A DNA stretch of 64,000 nt from Octopus vulgaris (GCA_951406725.2 OX597825.1:1116001-1180000), one strand, 5' to 3'; numbered from the stretch's first letter, positions 39,697 through 53,702 are shown. Translations and numbers: made by a program. The notes: generated by a model not told the origin, from the sequence alone.

Positions 39697-39994
39697 GTTG
39701 TGTTTGATTTGTTTTTTCATGGGCAAGAATTTGGAATGAAAACAGTTGTGCAGACAGACAGACACACAAATACACACAAAGGCATACATATACATTTATG
39801 TGTTATATATGTTAATGTGTGTGTGTGTAAAATAGGTTTCTATGAGTTTCTGTCAATAATTCCATATTGGTTGGCCCGAGGCTGTCATAGAAGGGACTAC
39901 AAGGAGATAGATAGATCCTGAGACCACATGGTAACAAAGTGAATTTTGTATTCATACAGCTATGCCTATACCTAAACACAGATACAAACATGAT

Positions 39995-40192
39995 TCGAAG
40001 CCAGAAAATTTGAGGGGAGGAGAGTAAGATGATTGCATTGACCCCAATATGCAACTGGTACTTATTTTATCAACCACAAAGGAGCAAATGCAAAGTCAAC
40101 TTTGATGGAATTTGAATTCAGAATGTAAAGACGGACAAATGGCAACAGGCATTTTGTCCTGTGTGCAACTATTTCTACCAACCCATTGCCTT
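39995..40192 (-). mobile_element. SINE family A copy
   Basis: Core caaagtcaactttgatggaatttgaattcagaatgtaaagacggac. Confidence 0.8.
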
Positions 40193-40194
40193 AA

Positions 40195-40280
40195 TGATGA
40201 GAATGAGGATGATGAGGATGATGAGGATGATGAGGATGATGAAGATGATGAGGATGATGAGGATGATGATTATGACGATA
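40195..40280. repeat. (GAGGATGAT)n tandem repeat
   Basis: Direct inspection. Confidence 0.9.
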
Positions 40281-41129
40281 ATAAAAATTATAACAACAAG
40301 TGTTATAGTGATATAAAATCTATAAGGATAGATATTCAATGAAGCTCTTGTTCCCAAAATGTGATATAAATAATAAAAATAACTGAAATGAAGGACAAGG
40401 AAATTGATTGCTACCTGAGAGTACATCAAAGCAATATCGGTGAATCATTTAGAGCAACAAAGTGAAACGTAGAAAGGATGCTGATTGGATGGAGCAGTTG
40501 GGGGATATAATTTGGACAGGTATCAAAGCAGAGCCTCTTGACATATGCTGAGAGTAGTAATGAATGAATCAATCAGTAAATATACAAAATTGCAAAAAGT
40601 ATATCATATATTTAACAAAAGAAGGCATAATGAGAAGACTAAAGAAAACACTGAATTGCAAAACTCAAGGCCCAGATGAATGCCAAGGTTTCTGGCTTTA
40701 AAAAAAAACCTCATGACTATGTTTGCACTTTACAAAATGACAAAGAGAAAGTGTTCTCCCACCACAGATATTAAGAGAGAAAATTGTCCTTATGAATGTA
40801 GCTGTGACAAAGGACACACGTATAAGCAACTACAGAATTATTGCATGTTTTATAATCAATGTGGATGGGAGCTACTGACAGGTTAATTGCTTATGAGAAA
40901 TATCTCTTCCTGGAAATGGAGGAATTATTTGTTTTAACACACAAATAATCTTGGAGATAACAGGTAAATAGTGATCCTTTGTAAAGTCACTTAATGGCCG
41001 TTGTCCAGCTTCTGGTCAGTCTTGATATAGCAAAGCTTTGATTAAAAATGTTCCAGTCTTGATCGGTCTATATATTGAATATTGAGTATTCTACATTATC
41101 ATTTAAGCCTTTGCCTTTTTAATATGGTA

Positions 41130-41540
41130 GAAAGGTTGGTTGAAATGTTCATAGGCTGACCAAGATATGCTTGTGGAACATGACCAAATGAGATTTATTT
41201 TTCAATACAGTCCCCCTTGTGGTCTACACACTTCCCTTCTTCCATTGGTGTTGCAGTGCTCAGATCCCAAAGGCCAAGAAGCTTTCAACATGTTGGTCAA
41301 AAAAGTCATCAACAGCAGATATGATGTCATCATCACTGTGATACTTGTTCCCAGCCAAGTACTTTTTTGTGTTGGGGAACAAATGATGGTCAGATGGGGC
41401 CAAATCAAGAGAATAAGGAGAGTGGTCAACCAGTTCAAAGCCACAGTCACACACAGCAGCCATCCATTAAAACCAAGAACTTGTGTGCTGGAGTATAGTC
41501 CTGATGAAACAAGACCCCTTTCATCAGTTGACCTGGGTAT
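41130..41540 (-). mobile_element. mariner transposase C-terminal fragment with probable 3' TIR
   Basis: GFELVDHSPYSLDLAPSDHHLFP (YSPDLAPSD motif). Confidence 0.9.
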
Positions 41541-41569
41541 TTAGTCTCAAGAGCCTTTTGTAACTGTCC

Positions 41570-41669
41570 CACTGTATGGCACCCAAGGTAAGAGTCTTCT
41601 GCTATAGCCCTGGGCTTACCAATGTCTCATGAGTGAATTTGGTAGACGAAAACTACTGAGTGGAAACCC

Positions 41670-41745
<76 letters not shown>

Positions 41746-42022
41746 CTGAGAACAAGTCAGAATTTTTTTTTCATTTGGCACATAAAAAGCACCATTTGAG
41801 CGTGGCCGTTGCCAGTACTGCCTGACTGGCCCTTGTGCTGGTGGCACGTAAAAGCACCCATGGCACTCTAGGAGTGGTTGGCGTTAGGAAGAGCATCCAG
41901 CTGTAGAAACTCTGCCAGATCAAGACTGGAGTCTGGTGCAGCCATCTGGTTCGCCAGACTGCAGTCAAATCGTCCAACCCATGCTAGAATGGAAAATAGA
42001 CGTTAAACGATGATGATGATGA
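41570..42022 (+). mobile_element. SINE B head + (TG)n + RTE-type 3' tail ending in (GAT)n
   Basis: ggcacgtaaaagcacc...aggaagagcatccagctgtagaaac...cgttaaacgatgatgat shared with RTE 3' ends. Confidence 0.85.
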
Positions 42023-42605
42023 GATGTTTTTTGGGGGTTTTGTTTAGAAGAGAACATTGGCTTTGTTTGGTGGGATGAGGTTCCATGACAATGGAGATAG
42101 ATAGAAATATGGGTAGAATGAGTTCAAGGATGGGGACCTCTAATGCAAAAACATGAAATTGAAAGAGGCATGATCGAAGTTACATAGTATAAACACGGAC
42201 ATGTTCCCAAAAACACACACACACACTTCATCAAGGGATTCTCTCCAAAATTGACTGTTTAAATGTGGCTCATCTCTACAGATGCTCAGATATATACATG
42301 TGTAGCTTTGGGATGTACTAGATTTATGTATATATATACATATATATATATACAACTTATAAACAAGGCCAAAAGAAAATTATTTCTATGCCAATATGCT
42401 GATAACAGACTTTTAAATTGTCAATTTCCACATATTATTTACTCGCTACAGAAAATATGTTGTGCTGAAATCGAGGAAAGCTAGCCAACAGAATTTTTTT
42501 AAAAAGTTCGTTATTTCTATATTGAATCAATTTCAGAATTAATCTCATAATAGATTTTTTTCCTCTTCAGTAGAAAATATGAATAGAAATAAATGAAATA
42601 CTTAC

Positions 42606-42667
42606 ATGTGCCCCTGGAAAAAAGCCGAAGCAAAAGTCATGAGTACGTATAAGTACCCCAGATATAT
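42606..42667 (-). CDS. Candidate 62-nt exon (ISGVLIRTHDFCFGFFPGAH), possible TIR BB-loop
   Basis: ttttatatttAG acceptor, GTAAGT donor; HD...F.PG resembles the TIR LCxHxRDFxPG motif. Confidence 0.35.
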
Positions 42668-43099
42668 CTAAATATAAAATCCTTTGGTTAGCCTCAGCTC
42701 ACGTGTGAACTGTTCTCCACCACAGCTTATAGTGGTTACCAGTCCCTATAGTGAATAGTAATAAATCTACTACTAATACAGGATGAAGTTCTTTTACAGA
42801 AAAAATTTCATCAAAAAAGTGGCAGCATATTAAAATACCTTTAAAGGTTAAAATTATAAACAACATACACACACACATGTGTGTGTGTGTGTATGTGTTT
42901 GTCTCACTCACTACTTGACCACTGGTCTAACAAAATAAGTATGAAGCTTAAAAATATAAGTACTGTGGTTGATTTGTATGACTAAACCTTTCCAAGCAGT
43001 TCCCAGCATGGTCACAATTCAATGACGGACTGATGTGAATTCATTATCACCACATCTCTATTCCAGTGCTTTGGTCCCTTGTCTTACAAACTAGGGTAA

Positions 43100-44384
43100 A
43101 ATTTGTACAAAATTAATAGTGGAATTGGTCACCTGATGTTTATAGTAAGCCTCACAATATGCTCCAAAAACGAGAGGCAGCTTGATTCTTTGGTTCAGTC
43201 GATTAAAACTTTCAGAGAAGATAATGAGTTGGGTTTGATATTGATAAATGAATCATGGTTATAATAACGAGGAAAAGAGATAAAGTCTGAGAGACTCCAT
43301 CTCTGGATAACAAAGTATAAAATCTGAAAGTGGCTTAGGATTATAAATATTTCGGTGTATCACAAAAGAATGAGATGAAATAGAAAGAAATCAAATAGAA
43401 AATTGGTGAAGAATGTAAGAAGCGAGTCAAGAAGGTCTTTTGAACCAGAATAAATGGGAGAAAGATTCAATAAAGAAATATTGGAGTAATACCAGTAATG
43501 GTGTTCTTCAGTATTCCTTTGGAGGATGGAAAAAGACCTGAATAGAATGGAGAGCCCAGAAAGTTTTCAACAATACACAATAGATTATATCTGTGAAGCA
43601 GTGTTGATAAGCTGTACATAACAGTGTTGCCTTCAACAATTGAAGGTGGAGGGTGTTTACTCAATTTAACAAATTCACTATGCTAAAGAAAAATATTACA
43701 AAAATGAAGTGTGTGTGTGTATGGGGTCAGAATGGGAATGTGCTGGGCTTGTAACCTAGAGATCCACAGACTGAAACTGTGAAGATATGGGTATTTTAAT
43801 GGCAGTAACCATTATATTTAGTAATAAATATATATACAAATAAAAGAGGATTACAGAAAAGAGAAAAAAATAAAAATCTGGGAAGAGAGATTCATGTGTG
43901 GTTGGTATAGGCATCAAGAAAATAGTGATAGTGTTTGAAAAATGGAAGGGATAAAAATCCAACAGCAGTCTGGTTGGAGGCTTGTTCAAGAAAACAATAA
44001 TCAAAACAAATATTGTTAAAATAAAAATTACAATAAACCAATAATGATTATAATAGAGAAACCATAATGATTAAAATAGAGAGAAAAATACACCAGAAAA
44101 TCTATGAAGAATCACAGATTTTATTCTAAATCACAGTAAGAATTAAAACAGAAGAAACAGAAGTGATTGGAAAGTATCTGGACTTGGCTAAAGAACTGAG
44201 AAAACTGTGAGAGTTGTGGGTGAATGCCATAATTCCTGTTATTATAAGAGTGATGGGATCAATGCCAATGTTAAAGAGACATTGAAATTGAAACCTGAAT
44301 GAGGGAAAGGCAGAAAACTGCCATTTTCCTGTCCTAAAACAATCATTTTACAAAGTCTTTCGGATTTGAACAGAAATACTTATA

Positions 44385-44385
<1 letters not shown>
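43100..44385 (+). mobile_element. Highly decayed RLE-type LINE, 3' part
   Basis: DYKYFG and GKYLDLAKELRKL..IPVII motifs, ends at (AAT)n. Confidence 0.65.
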
Positions 44386-44567
<182 letters not shown>

Positions 44568-45180
44568 GAAATTGTCTTATTTTTATTATATACTTTCACT
44601 GCACTACCAAGTGCAACCCTGTGTGCTTTGAATATGTGCTGTGGCTTGTTTTGGTGATGTTATTTCTCCTGTACTGAAGGGCTCTATGTAACATGCGTGG
44701 TGTCTAGCAGTGCTATATATGTATATATGTGTGTGTATATAAATCACTAAATAAATATAAATATATTAGTTATGAATATGTCTGCATATTTTTACCATCA
44801 TGTCTAAAGGACCTACTACTATAGTTTTTAGACCCACATTTGGGTTAATTCTATTTTCTGATATTTGGATCCCAAATGTTTCTCCATTTCCTTTATAAAC
44901 ACACTGTTATCTGTTGGGACTGATATGCTAAGTTGTAGCAAATTTTTCTGAGTGACCCTCATAACAATATCTGGTTGATTATCCTTAACTTCCTTGTCTG
45001 TGTCAATTAGCATATCTCATAGTATGGTTACTTTGTCATTTTACAAGACCTTTTCTTTGGTATGCCTACAGCAATTCTTTTCTCTGGGCATTCCATATGC
45101 TGCTATGCCTTCCTGTGTATGTAGGTCTGAGGATATATTCCTACTTGGTCAAGACTAGTTTGCTAGAGGCAATATAATTT
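44568..45180 (-). mobile_element. Decayed R4/Dong-like LINE 3' end (RLE domain + 3' UTR)
   Basis: TDKEVKDNQPDIV..SVPTD..KEMEK..KY..IELTQMW; IALLDTTHV C-terminus; (AAT)n tail on the minus strand. Confidence 0.8.
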
Positions 45181-45289
45181 ATTGTTTCTTCCCCATAACC
45201 ACATACTTTACTGTTACTCATTCTACTTCATTAAATGCTATTATTATTATCATTATTATTATCATTATTATTATCATTATTATCATTAT

Positions 45290-45895
45290 GAAGGTAGCAA
45301 GCTGATAGGATCATTAGTAATGTCAGACAAAATGCTTAGGGGTATTTCTTTCAGGTCATTCTAAGGTCTAATTCTGTTGAGGTCAACTTTGCCTTTTATT
45401 CTTTTTTAGTCAATGTAATCGATTAGCCCCTCCCACAAAATTTTGGGCCGAATATCTAAAGGGGAAAGGATTATCATTATTAGTAGTAGTATTATTGCTA
45501 TCAATATAGACTGAAGGCTAGATATGGTATATTGATGAATTGATTCTAATGCCTGATTGGTATATTGCTTTTGAAGAATACAGTAAGAAAGAGAGGGCAA
45601 ATTTGGCCATAGTAGGATTTGAACTCAGAACATAAAGTAGTATACCTAAATACTGTTAGCCATTTTGTCAACTGCTCCACTATTTCTACCAAAATGCTAT
45701 AATGATAATAATTGAGCAAAATCAGCAATTTTGAGGGAAGGGGATTGGTTGATTATATTGAATGTTTTTTTTTTTATTTTATCAACTGTAGAAGGAAGAG
45801 AGGCAAATTTGTTCCTTGACAGAATTTGAACCCAAAATGTGAAGAGTCAAAACAAATGATCCAAGGCAGTTTTTCTGATACTCTAATCTTTCACC
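45290..45895. mobile_element. Cluster of three SINE A copies (+ 45290-45475; - 45560-45700; - 45720-45895)
   Basis: gaggtcaactttgccttt on the plus strand; ggcaaattt...atttgaac on the minus copies. Confidence 0.7.
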
Positions 45896-47039
45896 TTAAC
45901 AACAACAGCAACAGCAACAACAACAGCTCCAATGATCAGCAATATTGAGATAATATAACGGTTCTATAGAAATGAATGAAAAAGTAAAAAAATAAAGTCA
46001 AAATTTTGAGGAGAAGAAAACAACAAGACAAACACAAGTTCTTGGGTAGGCAATGTTTTGGAAAACTAGTCTGAAGATTGTTCTATGTCATTCAATAAAT
46101 CAGAACAAAGATAAAAACCATTTAGTGGGTGGAAGAACACGTATTGAAATTAATTTAGATCTCTTCAGCAATAAATATTGCTCTTGGGAAATTTGGGACA
46201 GAAAAATAGGTAAAAACTTCTCATCATGTGTAATGATAACTACAAACCCATAATTTAGACTGACGGGTTAGGTTTACAAAGGAGACATATATTATTATGC
46301 CCAAATATGTTTGTATTGTATTGTATTATCATATTTATGTCTGTGTTGTCCTTGGGGAAAAAGAAAAGAGAGATTATTATACAAATCAGCAATCTTTTTG
46401 AAGAACAGCAACTATTATTTAACTAGAATGTAAAATAGGTAGCAGTCATTATTTAGACTGTAACTCCTTCACTGAGGAGGTCAGAATAATAATGAAAAAT
46501 GTCTGAACTTATTTATGGCTTTTCATGTTGATGCCACATAGAATTATCTCTTGGCAATTCCTCATTGTTGAGAATGTTTTCAAGGTTTTATTGTTGTTGT
46601 TGCTGTTTCTTCCAGAATAATGACATTCTCTGCCAATACATGGAGACCCATAAAACAAAGAGAACGTCTCTCTAAGTGGTTGCTTGACCTATTTGAATTC
46701 ATAACCAAATCTCCCTCAGATCATTCTCTAACTTCTAAATGTGGCAGCAAAGCCGGGGTTTGAATAACTTTCATCAGGGCTGACATGAAGTTAAACAAAA
46801 AGAAGGATGGCATATAATTTAGAGTCTATAAATTAGACAATAATTAAGAGTAAACAAAAAAAAAAAAGAACAATTCATTTGTATATGTTGGTAATTTACA
46901 AGATTTTTTATCAGATGATCAGATGTTAATTCAGTAATGACATCATGTCTGAGTTTCCTGTTTGCTGTCTACTTTGTAGCAAATATTCAGTTTCAAATCT
47001 ATAAATATTAATATTCAAGAACAGAATTACTTTGTGGTG

Positions 47040-47435
47040 TTTAAGATATTTGCTTCCTAAGTACATGGCTGTGAATTCAGAACTCACTGCATGGCATTTT
47101 CAGCAAGTGTCTTCTACTATAACCCTTGGACAATCAAAGCCTTGTTAGTGGATTTGGTAGATGGAAACTAAAAGAAACCCTATGAAAATTTGTGTGTGTG
47201 TGTGTGTGTGGTTACTGTCTCCTTGTCTTGACATCACTTGATAATTATAAACAAATGTCACCATAATGCAAGTGATGTCCTTTGTTTCCAATATTCTGGT
47301 AAAAGGGAAATATTACCTTACTTGGAAACAGATGAGGATAGGTGAGAGGGAGATGCATCACATTAAATTCCATCTGACCCATGTAAGTATGGAACAGTGG
47401 ACATTGGACATTATGAAGATGATGATGATGATGAT
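47040..47435 (+). mobile_element. SINE B head with alternative tail ending in (GAT)n
   Basis: caagtgtcttctactata...gatttggtagatggaaact + (TG)n + cccatgtaagtatggaac...gatgatgat. Confidence 0.75.
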
Positions 47436-48449
47436 CCTATTTGACATTTTGTAGTCTAAATCAAGATGCACATTCAGCCACGTAACCACTTATTGTGTAT
47501 TTCAAGCATTGACTCACCAATGTGCCGCACACACACACTCAAAGTAACTGAGCAGAATTAGAGTTGGAGGAAAAATAAAAGACAAGGATGAGTGCAATAC
47601 AGTTATGGATCCTTTATGCACACAAAAGTCATCCCCATTAAGGCAATGAGATTCCTTTACGTTTTGAGTTCAAATTCTGCCCAGATTAATTTCGATTTTC
47701 ATTGTTCCAAGGTCATCAGAGTAAGTTGCAATAACACAACTTACATATCTGAGATCAATAAGTTAAGCTAAATCACCCCCGTGACAAAATATGGTTCAAC
47801 TTCAGAAAGAAAAGAAAGAAAATATCAATCCTTACATTATAATAAATATCATGTAAACAAGGACACCTCTAAACAGGTATTTAGCATGCTAGAAATAGAA
47901 ACCAAATTCCTTCAAATCATATCCTAACATCTTTAGAAATGAAGAACACATTCAACAGCAGTTCTTGATACATAAAAATGCAAGAGGTTGTTCATGGCTG
48001 GAATGTTTTTGGTTGTAGATCTGCTGAGTCAAAGCAATAGCAAGATAAATCTAAATACATAACAATTATGACCACGAGACCAAAGACAGCAAACCTCTGA
48101 CAACCACAGCACAACAAAACTCTCTTGATAGAGAAAAAAAGTATCATGATTGAGAGCATTAAGTGATTCTACAACTGATGCCTACCCTGAGACAAAACAG
48201 GAAATACTGAGTGAATCCAGGCACCTGAGTCACTATGTCACTGTGAAATTACTCATCCTACTAGAAATAGCAAGCAAATTATTCTCAAGTCATGTCCTTC
48301 TGTCAGAAAAGTAAGAAAAATGAAGAATTCATAGGGTAATGTAGTTCTAGACTATGCACTGATAAAAAGATGGAGTAGTCATGGCTGGAATACCTTTGGT
48401 TATAGATTGGCTTAATTAGAGTTTATCAGAGGTTAAACAACAGCAACAA

Positions 48450-49154
48450 TATCAATATGTTATGGCGAACCGGTCCAAATTAGAAAAAAGTCGACTGCCA
48501 TTTCTGAATGTTAACGTATGGTTCCAAAAATACATGGAAATCTCATCATCATGAAGGAAGAACAAGACATTTCAATAATGGAATGGCACAAAGCTTGAAC
48601 TTGCTTCAATAAGACCAGATGGAGATTGACCTAAGTTGAGATGTTATTCAGAATATGAGAATCACAAAGGGATGAAGACGATATTTATTAATGATGTCAA
48701 AGAGCAGATCTGAGAGCAATAGAATTCATTACTGGGAAATCTACATCATGATTATGAATCTTTAATAAAAGTAAATAATAACAAAATGCTAAACGGTGGG
48801 AGCCACGCTGACTCTGGAAATGAAGTTGCATTAAGAAGCTGTCATGCACAGATATAAACTGCCTTTGGTATGGAACAGATTCTGTAGTTGGAGAACCAAC
48901 GAAGCCCATAACTAGGGGGCAACAGTGAAAACAATCACACTACAATGGGAAAGCTAAAACAAGGGTTGATAAAAAGATAAGGTCCATGAGAACAGAATTA
49001 TTAGAGTATGAGTGGCTTTGTGTAATGATATTAGTAGTACTAAGATTAAATGGAAGCTGACATCTGCAACACAGAGAATACCATGATGAAAATGCAGAGT
49101 TAATTGGAAAAGCTGAAATAATTAAACAATAACCCTTACCAAAACTAAATAAGG

Positions 49155-49195
<41 letters not shown>

Positions 49196-49500
49196 GTAGA
49201 AGGTATAAAAATGAGTCAAACTATTTGAAGAAAACAAATTTTCTTGAAGAAAAAACCCTTTTTGTCAAACCAAAAGAAAGACATTAAGAAAATTATCAAC
49301 AGCAAAGAAAAGGGAAAGAAAGAAGCGAAATATATGTTGATTACCTGCAGAATAGGAAGAGACAAAAACTAATATCTCATCAATATGAATAGAATCCTGA
49401 AAGGTATTTTAACAGATTTCTTTGTATTTCCACATTCTTGGTTATTAGAAGTCTGCAGAATACATAGTCAGAATGAGGAAATAGAATTTCTGTAGAAGAA
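48450..49500 (+). mobile_element. Highly decayed RLE-type LINE fragment (pre-RT and RT start)
   Basis: RWEPR, KIKWKLTSATQRI, QQRKG, PHSWLLE remnants. Confidence 0.5.
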
Positions 49501-49689
49501 AATGAAATCCCCCTCCCATGCCCCACTAGTCTTGATTTAATGCTATTAATTCCCTGAACAGCATAGAATATAATAGCTATGATAAATCATAATCAAAGAG
49601 AGTTTTTTCTTCCATATGCACCACCAAGTCAGTGAATGACCTGTCATGACTTCTTTGCTATGCCTTGTAATTGATATGGAATGTTCATA

Positions 49690-49981
49690 GGGTGGTGGCA
49701 CCTTGTGCAAGTGTCTTCCATGATAGTTCTGGGCTGACCAAAGCTTTGTGAGTGAATTTGATAGACAAAAACTCAAAGAAGCCCCTCGTGCCGGTGGTAC
49801 GTAAAAGCACCCACTACACTCTTGGAGTGGCTGGAATTAGGAAGGGCATCCAGCTGTAGAAACTCTGCCAGATCAAGATTGGAGCCTGGTGCGGCTGTCT
49901 GGTTCACCAGCCCTCAGTCAAATTGTCCAACCCATGCTAGCATAGAAAGCAGATGTTAAACGATGATGATGATGATGATGA

Positions 49982-49985
<4 letters not shown>
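49690..49985 (+). mobile_element. SINE B head fused directly to an RTE-type tail
   Basis: ggcaccttgtgcaagtgtc...gaagccc|ctcgtgccggtggtacgtaaaagcacc...(GAT)n. Confidence 0.85.
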
Positions 49986-50026
<41 letters not shown>

Positions 50027-50769
50027 AATTATATGATACAATTCTTTTTGGCAAGAATCACATTTAAAATTACCAGTATTGTATGATGGTGGTATACACT
50101 TGTAAGATAAGCCATTCAACTCCTGTCCTACATGAATATAGTGTCTTACTTCAGTATGGTTGTAGGTAGTGAGAAATAACCCCAATCATCAAAGTATGAA
50201 TTAACAACTTGGATTTTTAATTTACTAGTCATCGTAAACATCAATTTGAGCAAAAAATATTTGTGTTGAATTAGCTTTCATAATATATCTAATAGAATCA
50301 CATAAAACTCATTGAGTGAATCAATTAGCTGCAGAGGGAGAGTCTAAGCTGGATTTTCCTTTTCATTTTAAATTTTCTTAGTAAAGATTGACAGTTGTAT
50401 AATGTGAAGAAATACTCAAAGCAAAAAAAAAAACAAGACTTGCAATAGATACAGATAATAAGTACTCAGACTGGGCCAGATACCTAAAAAGAAAGAGAGA
50501 TGGAATCAAGCCAGATGAAAGTTGGTTATAGGCACTGAATTGGTCAAGCGAATTTCCAGTCCACTTTTGTGAGGTTCAAGGATGAAATCCTCAGATTTTT
50601 AACTACCTAGCTAGAATGAACCACTATGGATGACTGCTCAGACTCTTCTATATTTTTTTATGACTTTAACATACAAACTTCTTGGATATAGACCAATCTA
50701 TAAAGAATTTCTATGAGTTCTTGTTTTCCCGATTTCTTTTCTGTTTAATATATATATCCTTCTACTCAC

Positions 50770-50997
50770 TTCTGTATAAGTATCTTATAAATGATTCGAT
50801 GCCATTCGCAACAACTGGTCTATCATTTATTCTATTATACATGAATGAAAAATATTGTGTAATTCTGGTATTTTCTTTTATTGAACTTGAAACTTGTCTC
50901 TTCTTTTTCACTCTCCAGCAGTAAACTGACACAAAAATGATCGCAAACCAATTCACTGCAACAGCCATGAAATAAAAATCAACTGTTTTTGCCCTGA
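50770..50997 (-). CDS. Candidate 228-nt phase 1-1 exon: transmembrane helix + basic stop-transfer + possible TIR box 1
   Basis: RAKTVDFYFMAVAVNWFAIIFVSVYCWRVKKKRQVSSSIKENTRITQYFSFMYNRINDRPVVANGIESFIRYLYR; cAG acceptor, GTGAGT donor. Confidence 0.4.
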
Positions 50998-51029
50998 CTG
51001 CATTGATAAAATGTCCTTTGTTGGTTTAT

Positions 51030-52470
51030 TGATAGCACTAGACAGAAATAATTACAGAGGTATCAAATTTCTGGACCAGGTGATGAAAGTTGCAGAAAGG
51101 GTCATGGCTCGATTAATTAGAAAGAGAATAAGTGTAGGTGAGATGCAGTTTGTATTTGTGCCAGGGAGAAGAACCACCAATGCTATCCTTCTGGTGAGGC
51201 AAGTGAAGGAGAAATACTTGGCCAAAAATTTTGTTGACATGGAGAAAGCCTTTGACAGGGTCCCTTGCTCCCTTATCTGGTGGGCAATGCAGAAACTAGG
51301 GATAGATAAGTGGTTAGTGAGAGATGTACGAGCCATGTACATGAATGCTGTTAGTGAGGTGAGAGTGGCCACTGAATATAACAGGGAGTTTAGTGTACAA
51401 GTAGGAGTCCACCAGGGCTTGGTTCTCAGTCTCCTCTTGTTTATTATGGTTCTTCAAGATATAACTGAGGAATTTAAGACTGGCTGCCTTTGGGAACTCC
51501 TCTATGCTGATGACCTTGTTCTTATTGCTGAATTACTACAAGAACTTGAAAAGAAATTTTAGATATAGAAGCACAGAGTGGAATCTAAGAGTTAATTTAG
51601 CAAACATCAAAGAATTGATGAGAAGGAAAACAGACAAATCACAGATCCCTTCAGGGAGGCAGCCCTGCTCGATATGTAGAAAAGATGTTGGGAGAAACTG
51701 CATCAGGTGTATCTAGTACAAGTTATGAATACATAAGAGGTGCCGCAGTATCACTGGAAGACGAACAGAGAAAGCAGTCTTTACATGTGGCAGATGTACA
51801 GGTACACTAAACATCAGGAATGTACAAAAATATAGGACATGGGCTGTGGCTACTGAGGATATATGTGGAGGCTTGAAAGAAAGGAAGCCAGCGTGCTTCA
51901 CTGGATGGGTAGTGTGTCTGTGTATGTATATGAGAGAGCGTGTATCCGAGAGAAAAACTGGGTATAGAAGGCATCAGATGTAGCATGCAAGAGCAAAGAC
52001 TGTGCTGGTATGGCCATGTAATGCATACGAATGAAGAGAGTTGCTGATCTCTAATTGTAAAGGGAACGTGTGGAAGGGGTAGACCCAGAAAGATGTGAGA
52101 AAGGATTTATGGATGTTGGGACTCAGAGGGGATGACAGGAGCCTGAGACTCCTGGCAGTTAGCTATGCTTGAAGAGACAAATCAAGCTAAGTAAAAGCTT
52201 GGTTGCCCTTGTATACAGGCTGCTGTACTCTGCATCTCCTTCCGGCTGAGAAGTCCTCACCTTGCAGGCTCATGGGCACCGGTGCCATCTAAAAAGTAGC
52301 TGTCCTGGTGCCACGTAAAAGCACCAATTACACCCTGTAAAGTGGTTTGGTGTTAGGAAGAACATGAAGCTGTAGAAACCATGCTGAACCAGACATAGAG
52401 CCTGGCCAGCTCCTGTCAAACCGTCCAACCCATGCCAACATGGAAAATGGGCTTTAAATGCTGATGATGA
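51030..52470 (+). mobile_element. 5'-truncated RTE-clade LINE (RT pseudogene, C-terminus, 3' UTR)
   Basis: NYRGIK, QFVFVPGRRTTNAI, FVDMEKAFDRVP, GVHQG, LLYADDLVL, WYGHV, GRGRPRK; tail tgctgatgatga. Confidence 0.92.
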
Positions 52471-53215
52471 GTCATTTCCCTCTTTCAGAAGTGCTCTAGG
52501 AGGTTTGTATGACTAGCAGCAGTACTAAGCCAGATGAATGAGGAGTTCTGCAGTGCAGGCCATACTGGAGTTCTTCTTTATCATTCTCTTTTGCTGTTGC
52601 TTAGCCCCAGATCAACATTTCTTAATCATCAATCACCTACATATGATCAAAGATATTCCAGCCATGACAATCCTGCTTTGCAGACATAGCTTTTAAACAA
52701 TAATGTCCAAAATATCTCGTCCACCTATTTCTTGAGGATGATAGAGTACACTTTGAGAGATTTGACCTCTGTTTTTAACTTGTCAAATATCCAGTTAACT
52801 TGTGTTTTGCTGAGGCAGCATCTCATCAGAGCTGAAGTATTTACAAGGTTGTCAAAACCATTTTGCTAATAACGCAATTACAGTGACTGAAATGAAATAA
52901 ATCTAAAAATATTTCATCGATGAAGTGACTTAAATTCCTCTTTAATAATGTTGATTCAGCAGCAACCAATAATTTACTGGATAATTTTACTTATAAAATG
53001 TTTTATTTATTTCATAAATAATTAAATAAAATGAATAAAATTTAATGGAAACCACACACATGATTGCCAGAGGAAAAAAATAACAGTTTCATATATTTAT
53101 TCAACTTATTTTAGCAAGAGACAAAAATAAGTGTATAAAAGACAATGTCAGAAGGGAATGTCAAGAGTAAATCAGAAGGAACATTTTGCATTTATTTAGG
53201 AAAAAAACACAAAAA

Positions 53216-53254
<39 letters not shown>

Positions 53255-53469
53255 CAAATTTGTTTATTAGACAATATTTTCTGTAGCAGTGTACAATAAA
53301 CAAATAAATAGAAATAAAAAAAATTAATTAGTGAATTCCAACAATATCTAATTTAAAATAATAAAAACTCAGATCACAAATTAATATAAATCACCCCATA
53401 AAGTGTTAGAAAACTTATTTTGAAGAAATAAAATGACCAACAAATTACTCTGTCAATATATTTGCATAT

Positions 53470-53663
53470 TCATACGTACACATGGACATACATACATACA
53501 TATATATATATATATATGTAAATGTGTGTGTATATATGTGTATGTATATTTATATACACACATATATGTGTGTATATATATATCTATATACACACACACA
53601 TATATGTATATATATATATACACACACATATATATATATATATATACATACATATATATATAT

Positions 53664-53702
<39 letters not shown>

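Noticed and set aside
40112-40429. Acidic D/E-rich ORF and opposite I/L-rich ORF
   Set aside because: Derived from a SINE plus the (GAGGATGAT)n repeat
51011-51562. Intact reverse transcriptase gene
   Set aside because: 5'-truncated, with internal deletion and downstream stops; an inactive RTE copy
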